Part shown: positions 1 to 9,327 of the stretch, one piece after another | Layout: each line of letters starts with the position of its first letter | Numbering within the stretch: position 1 is the first letter of the stretch | Assembly (NCBI RefSeq): GCF_006345805.1 | Contig: NW_021826847.1 | Location: 1 to 11,899 of the forward strand | Source of the DNA: Octopus sinensis | Lineage: Eukaryota | Reading direction: 5' to 3' | Length of the DNA: 11,899 nt | Program-made: the position numbers and the translations under genes | Notes under the pieces: generated by a model | Database searches by the model: none | What the model was told of the DNA's origin: nothing | The model's input: the letters and a program-made list of their open reading frames with translations, nothing else

Positions 1-184
1 TGAAAGGGAATATTCTGAATCTGTTTCACTTTCACTTCTCAAAATGCATGAAGAGAAAATCTGTTTGCGGGTTATTAACATCATACCCTGGAGGAATGAA
101 TAGAATGACAGGAGAATATCATCAAATTCATACAAAACTGTTTGATTAAATACTCTTCTTTCTCTCTTTTTCTTTCCGCTTTTT

Positions 185-207
185 GAGAGAGAGGGAGAGA
201 GAGAGAG
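185..207. repeat. (GA)n microsatellite
   Basis: gagagagagggagagagagagag read directly. Confidence 0.9.
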
Positions 208-680
208 CAGTGTCTGCTATCAAAGTGACATTGGAGTACAAATATACGAAGCCCATATACCCATCATGAATACCCGTCTGATAAGGGTACACCAGGCACA
301 TGTATCACAACCGTATATAACCGACATGTTGATCTCATACCAAGATAAACAGCGCATGACCTTGTAGGTGGGGGCCCAGTTAGAATTTTCTTCAGGTCGA
401 GTAGCCCATCCCACTCAAAAGGTCCCTGAAAAAAGGTTGTTTAAGGATGTTGAACGAAACACTCGTGTTTCCGAAGGTGAATTATCCAAACCCCAAAGAA
501 TCCTTCTCAACACACGGCGATGATGCTCCCCCACTACTTCTGCTTGTGATCAGAGATGCACATATCGCCAGCACTAAGGACATGCTCAACTGGTTAGGTC
601 AAACAACTGACAAGCAAATCTGTGGTATTGAGCAGAATATTTGCTGTAGCCCATCTTTTATACCAAGACAAAACAATGTA

Positions 681-1236
681 CACAGACGTGCAGGAAGTAA
701 ATAGACACCTTTAATTTTGAAAAATCATTTATTTTATATTAATTGCTTGAAGGTGGGGTTCTTCTAGTTGCTCGTCCATAATACCCAAGCTTATGCAGAT
801 ATGTAACATATGTTCTTGGGCTAACTTCTAGCAGTTTTGCAATGTCAGAAACCTTCGAATGGGGTTCGTTTTCCACAATTCTCTTCAAACACCGAAGCTT
901 CCTTTCCGAGGGCCCAGCTCGGCCGCGACGAGAATTTCCTTGGCTTTTGAATTGCACTATAATTCTATTAACAGTATCAAGAGTAATATGGAGGTTTTCG
1001 GCAATTTTTCGCTGGCTAAGACCAGCCTCAAATTGCTAAGACCAGCCTTTGAAAATCTGTTGTGCTGAATTTTTTGTGCGTAGCATGGTTACTCTTCGCA
1101 AACGTTTAATATAATGGTACCCAGAATAAAAAAGAATAATTACATTGTAAATTCTACACAGCTGAAAACATATTAATACGCTTAGATCAGACATTTTGAA
1201 AATTAAAGGTATCTATTTACTTTCTGCATGTCTGTG
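681..1236 (-). mobile_element. Non-autonomous, internally deleted Tc1-family DNA transposon (556 bp)
   Basis: 38-bp terminal inverted repeats at 681-718 and 1199-1236 (3 mismatches), TA target duplication at 679-680 and 1237-1238, and an internal transposase N-terminal fragment. Confidence 0.92.
739..1086 (-). pseudogene. Tc1 transposase remnant, N-terminal paired-like HTH DNA-binding region only
   Basis: Reads [28 protein letters not shown]...[50 protein letters not shown], typical of Tc1/Tc3 HTH domains. The frame is broken near a gctaagaccagcct duplication (1015-1048) and the DDE domain is absent. Confidence 0.85.
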
Positions 1237-1241
1237 TACAT

Positions 1242-1542
1242 GTGGAGGCACAATGGCCCAGTGGTTAGGGCAGCGGTCTCGCGGTCGGGGAATGGCAGTT
1301 TCGAATCCCAAACCGGACGTTGTGCGAAAATACCTAAAAGCTCCACGAGGCTCCGGCAGGGGGTGGTGGCGACCCCTGTTGTACTCTTTCGCCACAACTT
1401 TCACTCTCACTTCCTATTTCTTGAGTAACGCTTCCATGGACTGGCGTCCCGCCCAGCTGGGGGGAACACATGCCCCACAGAAACCGGGAAACCGGACCCA
1501 TGAGCCTGGCTAGGCTTAAAAAGGGCGACGTTTATCGTTTTT
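1242..1542 (+). mobile_element. tRNA-derived SINE with target-site duplication
   Basis: Pol III A-box-like tggcccagtggttagg and B-box-like gtttcgaatccc, flanked by a 14-bp duplication atgtctgtgtacat (1228-1241 and 1543-1556). The 3' part (atggactggcgtccc...agaaaccggg) resembles V-domain SINEs (from memory). Confidence 0.85.
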
Positions 1543-1623
1543 ATGTCTGTGTACATCATAACATTTCCAATCAGTTAAGATCAGGAGCCATGACAGCCAA
1601 TGCCTGGTACTGCATCAGGGCTA

Positions 1624-2012
1624 TTACTCTTTAACTCTTTTACTTGTTTCAGTCTTTCACTGTGGCCATGCTGGAGCACCGCCTTTAGTCGAGCAAATCG
1701 ACCCCAGGACTTATTTTTTTGTAAGCCTAGTACTTATTCTATCGGTCTCTTTTGCCGAACCGCTAAGTTACGGGGACGTAAACACACCAGCATCGGTTGT
1801 CAAGCGATGTTGGGGGGACAAACACAGACACACATACACACACATACACAGACACATATATATATACATATATACGACGGGCTTCTTTTCAGTTTCCATC
1901 AACCAAATCCACACACAAGGCTTTGGTCGGCCCAAGGTGCCACGCAGTGGGACTGAACCCGGAACTATGTGGTTCGTAAGCAAGCTACTTACCACACAGC
2001 CACTCCTACGCC
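1624..2012 (-). mobile_element. tRNA-derived SINE with internal (CA/TA)n tract and short tandem 3' tail
   Basis: Minus strand head ggagtggctgtgtggtaag...ccgggttcagtccc (A/B boxes) and tail ctgaaacaagtaaaagagttaaagagtaa; homologous to the partial copy at 10601-10735. Confidence 0.85.
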
Positions 2013-2385
2013 TGTATCATCATTATTATTACTGTTAGGCATAGTCGTAAGTAACCTAGATTTTTTAAACGCCATGGTAAAACCTAACACAGTCAGTATA
2101 TATTTAGAAATATACCAAAATGACCTCGGAAACGAAAGATATATCTTACAAAGTCCCCTAAGAATTTGCCTTTTCTAAATACTATAGATGACATCTGAAA
2201 CTTGCTTCCCTTATGTTTAAACGGTAATCTGATTCGATTCACGTTCTGTGGAATCTTGAAGAAAAAGAAAAACGAGGGTGTATGTGTGAAATGCTAATAT
2301 TTCTGGAATTCGTAGATGCTTCAACTATCAAAGAGGGGTTTCCCCGGCTGTGTGGATTATAAATAAACAGAAATATTTGTTTTAT

Positions 2386-2599
2386 AAACAATTGCATCGT
2401 TGAAGGTGTTTATAAGCCATTTAAGAAACACACAAAAACCATTAGATTCACTTCAACATTTAAATTTGTCAGTGAACAGGTCGCGGTATGAAAGCGACGA
2501 AAATATTTTCACAAATTAAATTTAAATGTTGAAGTGAATCTAACGGTTTTTATGTGTTTCTTAAATGGCTTATAAACACCTTCCACGCTGCAATTGTTT
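2386..2599. repeat. Fold-back inverted repeat, 82-bp arms (2386-2467 / 2518-2599)
   Basis: Arms match at 78 of 82 positions by manual alignment; the spacer holds a hammerhead-like motif. Confidence 0.93.
2463..2517 (+). ncRNA. Candidate variant type I hammerhead ribozyme (G3-C8 core)
   Basis: Stem I aatttgtca/tcacaaatt (1 mismatch), core GUGAACA plus an extra G, stem II gtcgc/gcgac, GAAA, palindromic stem III AAUAUU, predicted cleavage after 2508 (UUU). Confidence 0.55.
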
Positions 2600-2665
2600 T
2601 CGTTCCAGCACACGATCTCAGATCAGGTCACTTGCTATGCAAGTACATCTCCATATTTATTTTAT

Positions 2666-2876
2666 ATTTTAGCACAAAGTCTGGAATTTGTGGGTTGAGT
2701 GGCGGGGTGGGCAGTCGACTGCATTAACCCAATGTTTCACTGATACTTAATTTATCGATCCCCAAAGGATGAAAGGTAAAGTCGCCCTCGGTGGAATTTG
2801 AACTCAGAACGTCAAGACAAACGAAATATCGCTCAGCATATCGCCCAGCTTGCTAACGAGTCTGCCAGCTCGACGC
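2666..2876 (-). mobile_element. tRNA-derived SINE with Nin/Deu-like central domain
   Basis: Minus strand head gagctggcagactcgttagc, B box gagttcaaattcc (2793-2805), then gcgactttacctttcatcctttggggatcgataaattaagtatcag, which resembles the conserved Nin/Deu SINE domain. Confidence 0.75.
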
Positions 2877-2878
2877 GA

Positions 2879-2952
2879 TGTATGTATATAGTATGTATAT
2901 GTACGTATGTGTGTGTATATAATATATGTACATATGTATATAATATATATAT

Positions 2953-3001
<49 letters not shown>
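2879..3001. repeat. (TA)n/(TG)n microsatellite
   Basis: Direct reading. Confidence 0.95.
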
Positions 3002-3002
<1 letters not shown>

Positions 3003-3214
3003 TGTGAAATAGAAAGATGAATAATCTTGTGTAGTAGATTAATCAAAAGTTTAACCGATTCTTTAGTAGCAAAAATCACAGCAGTAAACAGCACGGTTGG
3101 AGGTACAACCATCTGGCGTTGCAACCGTGCGTTGGTGCGGATAATTGAAATTAAAACATTATTGGTGAATTGAAGAAATGGAGCTGAACGCAGATTGAAC
3201 AGAAATCGTTTTAT

Positions 3215-3302
3215 TTCATTCTACACGTGTTTCGAAAGGCACAAATTACCAAAATCCGATTGAATAATGGGACCATATTGTGTCTTTTTCTTCAGGAAGA
3301 AA
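3215..3302 (-). ncRNA. Type I hammerhead ribozyme, PLE-associated
   Basis: tttcttc-CUGAAGA-long stem II (aaag/cttt, cacaa/ttgtg)-GAAA-C ACGU GUA-gaatgaa; palindrome ACACGUGU at 3223-3230. The 10.1-11.1 pair is an A-C mismatch in this copy. Confidence 0.78.
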
Positions 3303-3916
3303 AAAGGAAATCTGTTGGAAAAACAAAAACAGAACAGAGGCGGAGCAAAGAACAAATCGAACTGTGCTCCTAAGAGCCCATGGCGAAACTGTTTATCATT
3401 GTATGTGAGAACCGGTGGCTGAAGAATTCAACGGGTCAGGCATCGGTCAATCATGTGGGTGAGGGTGTATAGATGTTCTTTGTGACCGAGAATAAAGTTC
3501 TGACTATTTAAGGAATTGGATGTTTTTATGAGGGGCGAGAAAAATCTACTTAGAGACGTGTGTGTGGTGTATACTGTTCTATATATGTGTGTGTTGGCGT
3601 AGGGGTAGAAACATTTTTTGTGTACGTGTGTGCGTTTGATCGTTCGGCTGTCAGTGGCTACTGCCGTGATAACCGTTGGGTGGCAGAAAGAAAAAAAATT
3701 TTTTTAAAAATAAATAAATAAATAAAAAAAAATATATATATATATTATGTTTTTATGTGTGTGTGTGTTCATCTAAGCCTGCCTTGTCAAGGACCCCCCG
3801 CTGTGAAAAAACCAAGCCCCGTTTGTCTTACAGGAGTAATTCCCCTTGCAGTGGTTAATCGTAGATATCTTAAAGGCTATTTCAGAATTTGTTACCAAGG
3901 GCTATGGGTGCCGGTA

Positions 3917-4842
3917 TTATTTATAAACGCTATTAAAAGCCAGATAAGTGTAACGCCGCCAATGGGGGCATCGAAAAGCCGACTGTAAGAGCCCGTTTAC
4001 CATCCGGCCTCTGGCAAACAAATATGGAAGAGTTCGGAGACACAAAGGTTGCACTGTCTTCTGCCCCTATCAAATGGGAGGGCCACCGACAAAATTGACC
4101 ATTCCAGCCTATAGCTTAAGTTCGCATCCTTCAGTCGCCATATTAGCTTACTGAGTCCCGTGGTCTGGCGCTTGTTCACGTCCCGAAAAGTTGCGTAATG
4201 GTTGGAGACACGCAAAGACAATCTTGAGGATGATGCCCCTACATAAGTGAAGGCATCTGAGTCCGTGTAAACCTTGCATTGGTAGACGGCGTTTTTGATC
4301 TTGGAGTTCGCCGACGTGAATCTTAATCTGCTAGGATTAGTTTCTGAAATTAGAACTGCGTTCCTGTCACTATATTCGTTCCAAGACCTGCAGCCGCTTA
4401 CTACTCTATTTCCACTACGTCACTATTAACTATAGGAATAACCCCTGATTCTCCACTATCTATCAGAGTGCTGTCATTGCTACTGCCCGTGGTACTGCTA
4501 TTGCGGGAAATGATGCTGGGGATGCTAATGGGGCTCTCTACCCTACTCCCATTGTTACCGTCAACCACAACACCCTATATAACTATACCCCTAGTGGGTA
4601 CTCCCTGACTGGAGCTGAGATTATGTGTCACTGTACTGGCTCTCATATCATTATTACTACTATAATTATTCCTACTGAGCATTAAACCGGGAGCGGAAGA
4701 GGCTGTGCCTCCGGAAAAAGGTGATAGGGTCTTAGTAAGTAGCCTATTATTATGGGAGGCGATTATCTGGGTGAGGTTTTTAGTGTTGGAGAAAGCTATC
4801 CTAACTTTATGTGAGTTAACCGTGGAGTATATTTGGAATTTC

Positions 4843-4843
<1 letters not shown>
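3917..4843 (-). pseudogene. PLE ORF remnant: RT thumb/linker plus GIY-YIG endonuclease, with stops and frameshifts
   Basis: HKVRIAFSNTKNLTQIIASHNNRLL (to 4737); NAVYQCKV...FTYVGASS (GIY-YIG, 4293-4228); RVSNHYATF...TGLSKLIWRLK...LEWSIL...CNLCVSE; after a frameshift, VNGLLQSAFRCPHWRRY. Stops at 4575-4577 and 4398-4403. Confidence 0.88.
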
Positions 4844-4903
<60 letters not shown>

Positions 4904-5027
4904 GTATATTGTATATATATATAATATATATATTATATATATATATATATATTATATATATATATATTTATATATTATATATATATATATATTAGTATAT
5001 AATGTATATATATAATATATATATATA

Positions 5028-5030
<3 letters not shown>
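4843..5030. repeat. (TA)n microsatellite
   Basis: Direct reading. Confidence 0.95.
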
Positions 5031-6148
<1,118 letters not shown>

Positions 6149-6208
6149 ATAGAAATATTAAAATTACTAAGTCTCTCTAAAAGAGAACAGCGGCAGCGTT
6201 CCCGGAAA

Positions 6209-6440
6209 AATAGTTATCGCCATACTAATATGGCATTCTTATAAAAATAAGAATAAAGCTGTCCGCTTATTAGCTCCATGAGGCCATCGCCTTAAGTTAG
6301 CTATTTGACCTCCCTTGTTCGAAGGTTATATGGATACAGTTTGTGTATCAAATAGCTAACTTAAGGCGATGGCCTCATGGATCTAATAAGCGGACAGCTT
6401 TATTCTTTTTATAAGAATGCCATATTAGTATGGCGATAAC

Positions 6441-6444
<4 letters not shown>
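6209..6444. repeat. Fold-back inverted repeat (6209-6308 / 6348-6444)
   Basis: About 100-bp arms with one mismatch and one 3-bp indel, 39-bp spacer; the right arm ends at (TA)n. Confidence 0.93.
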
Positions 6445-6489
<45 letters not shown>

Positions 6490-6542
6490 TTAGTGTAGGA
6501 AGAAATGGAGCTGAACGAAGACTTAACAAAATCCTTTTTATT

Positions 6543-6628
6543 ATTTTCTACATATGTTTCAAAGGCTGCAAAGTCCTTAATTCGGATTGAATAAGGAGAC
6601 CATTTTGCAGCCTTCTCTTCAGGAAAAT
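6543..6628 (-). ncRNA. Type I hammerhead ribozyme (left-arm copy)
   Basis: Exact reverse complement of 7085-7170. Confidence 0.85.
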
Positions 6629-7084
6629 CCAGGAACTTAATTCTCCAACAAAATGCACAGCAAGCTTTTCGACAAACGCTCACGAGGAGCCCATGGAATA
6701 AATGGCACAAACTATCTGTCAATATGCGTTGACGCCAGGCTGGGTGAAAGCAGACGAGAAGGTCCGTTGAGATAATTTAAGGTCAAAATCCGGTTAACAG
6801 AAGGGGAGTTCAGGAAAATCAAAGAGTGTGAATGTATTCTGTATGACTGGTGTTAATATTTGAATTGTTTTAAGAATACATTCACACTCTTTGATTTTCC
6901 TGTACTCCCCTTCTGTTAACCGGATTTTGACCTTGAATTATCTCAACGGACCTTCTCGTCGGCTTTCACCCAGCCTGGCGTCAACGCATATTGACAGACA
7001 GTTTGTGCCATTTATTCCATGGGCTCCTCGTGAGCGTTTGTCGAAAAGCTTGCTGTGCATTTTGTTGGAGAATTAAGTTCCTGG

Positions 7085-7170
7085 ATTTTCCTGAAGAGAA
7101 GGCTGCAAAATGGTCTCCTTATTCAATCCGAATTAAGGACTTTGCAGCCTTTGAAACATATGTAGAAAAT
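7085..7170 (+). ncRNA. Type I hammerhead ribozyme (right-arm copy)
   Basis: Stem I attttc/gaaaat, CUGAAGA (7091-7097), stem II gaaggctgcaaa/tttgcagccttt, GAAA (7153-7156), palindrome ACAUAUGU, predicted cleavage after GUA at 7164. Confidence 0.85.
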
Positions 7171-7379
7171 AATAAAAAGGAATTTTGTTAAGTCTTCGTT
7201 CAGCTCCATATCTTCCTACACTAAATATATAAAACTTCAAATTTCCGCACTAAGGCACGGATTTTAGACCCCATGGTCGTAACCTCAACCGTGCTTTTTT
7301 GTTGTGATTTTTGCTACCCAGGTAGGTATCGGTTATTATTTGAATAATCCGTAATAATATAATTCATTTATCTACTTCA

Positions 7380-7670
<291 letters not shown>

Positions 7671-7715
7671 GTTTGTTGTGCAAGATTTTTTATGTGAAGT
7701 CGTGTGTTGAAACAG

Positions 7716-7899
7716 ATATTGTTTATTTCGGAATGGTCATTTTGCCAGTTTAGCCAATAAAAGAAAGAACTCTGGCCGAAATAAAATTAAGATTAATGTA
7801 AAAAATAAATAACACTGAAGCAAAGTAACACCAAATATATACTGCGTGTGTTTTTATTGGCTAAACTGGCAAAATGACCATTCCGAAATATAACAATAT
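7716..7899. repeat. Fold-back inverted repeat (7716-7762 / 7852-7899)
   Basis: 47/48-bp arms identical apart from one indel, 89-bp spacer, within a short insert between (TA)n tracts. Confidence 0.9.
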
Positions 7900-7900
7900 A

Positions 7901-7947
<47 letters not shown>

Positions 7948-8167
7948 TGTTTGTATGCATGTATGTACGTATGTGTGTGTGTGTATATAAATATATGTAC
8001 ATATGTATATGTATATATTTATATATATATGTGTGTGTGTTATGTATATATGTATGTATATATATATATGTATGAATGTATGTATGCATGTATGTATATA
8101 TAAATCCTTAAAATCCTTAAAAGTGTTTTAGCCCGAAGGCCGCGGTCATGATGAGGCACATACATAC

Positions 8168-8200
<33 letters not shown>

Positions 8201-9213
8201 TGTATGTATGTATCTGTGTGTGTATGTACGTATGTATGCTTGTATGTAAGTATGTAAGTATGTATGTATGTAGGTATGTATGTAAGTATGCATGTATGTA
8301 TGTATTTATGTATGTATTTATGTATGTATGTATGTGTGTATGTATTTATGTATGTATTTATGTATGTATGTATGTGTGTATGTATTTATGTATGTATTTA
8401 TGTATGTATTTATGTATGTATGTATGTGTGTATGTATTTATGTATGTATTTATGTATGTAAGTATGCATGTATGTATGTATGAATGTATGTATGTATGTA
8501 TGCATGTATGTATGTGTGTATGTATGTATGTATGTATGTATGAATGTATGTATGTATGTATGTATGCATGTATGAATGTATGTATGTATGTATCTGTGTG
8601 TGTATGTACGTATGTATGTTTGTATGTATGTTTGTGTGTATGTACGTATGTACGTATTATGTATGTATGTATGAATGTATGTATGTATGTGTGTATGTGT
8701 GTATGTATGTATGCATGTGTGTACGTATGCGTGTATGTATATAAATATATGTACATATGCATATATATATGTATGTATGTATATGTATGTATGAATATAT
8801 GTATGTATGTGTACGTATGTGTGTGTATATAAGTATATGTACATATGGATATATGTATGTATATATTTATGTGTATATATATATATGTTTGAATGTATGT
8901 ATGTATGTACGTATGTATGCGTGTATGTACGTATGTTTCTGTGTGTGTATAAATATATGTACATATGCATATATGTGTGTGTGTGTATGTACATATATGT
9001 TTGAATGTATGTATGTATATGAATGTATGTGTGTATATAAATATATGTACATATGTATGTATATATATGTATTTATATATATATATATGAATATATGCAT
9101 GTATGTACATATGTATGTATACATGTATATGTACGTATGTGTGCGTGTATGTATATAAATATATGTACATATGTATATATATATATGTATATGAATGTAT
9201 ATATTTATATATA

Positions 9214-9249
<36 letters not shown>

Positions 9250-9327
9250 TGTATGTATGTATGTATGTATGTATGTATGTATGTATGTATGTGTGTATGT
9301 GTGTATGTATGTATATAAATATATGTA
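7897..9327. repeat. Compound (TA)n/(TATG)n/(TG)n simple-sequence array with a higher-order unit
   Basis: Direct reading; recurring tataaatatatgtacatatg core. Confidence 0.95.
8101..8159 (-). mobile_element. Short SINE/LINE 3'-tail fragment
   Basis: gcggtcatgatgaggcac resembles gtggccatgctggagcac (1662-1679) near the SINE tail and is preceded by a tandem aaatcctta tail repeat. Confidence 0.4.

Larger units (their letters stand above)
226..1620. repeat. Older interspersed repeat split into two pieces (about 226-680 and 1552-1620) by the Tc1 and SINE insertions
   Basis: Removing the Tc1 element (TA duplication) and the SINE (14-bp duplication) rejoins aaaacaatgTA with catcataacatttccaatcagttaagatcagg. 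I recall this as an abundant octopus repeat but could not verify it; outer boundaries are approximate. Confidence 0.45.
3002..4843 (-). mobile_element. 5'-truncated Penelope-like retroelement (RT C-terminus, linker, GIY-YIG endonuclease, 3' UTR/pLTR with hammerhead)
   Basis: PLE protein motifs at 3917-4843, a hammerhead at 3215-3302, a 3' tail homologous to 7200-7380, and both ends abutting (TA)n. Confidence 0.88.

Noticed and set aside
1242-1320. tRNA gene (also the SINE heads near 2000 and 2870)
   Set aside because: Only A/B-box-like heads followed by SINE bodies; no complete cloverleaf.
2120-2150. caaaatgacctcggaaac similar to caaaatgaccattccgaaat (7870-7889)
   Set aside because: Too short in AT-rich DNA to establish homology.
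6375-7191. Duplicated ORF MTDSLCHLFHG...
   Set aside because: It appears twice only because of the inverted repeat, starts at TTG, has no recognisable domain and overlaps the ribozyme.
8140-8160. UGAUGAG resembling a hammerhead core
   Set aside because: No downstream GAAA or helices; better explained as a SINE tail fragment.
7907-9318. Many long ORFs (MYVCMYVC..., IHTYIHTY...) and similar YIYIYI ORFs elsewhere
   Set aside because: They are translations of stop-free (TATG)n/(TA)n microsatellites and show no coding signal.
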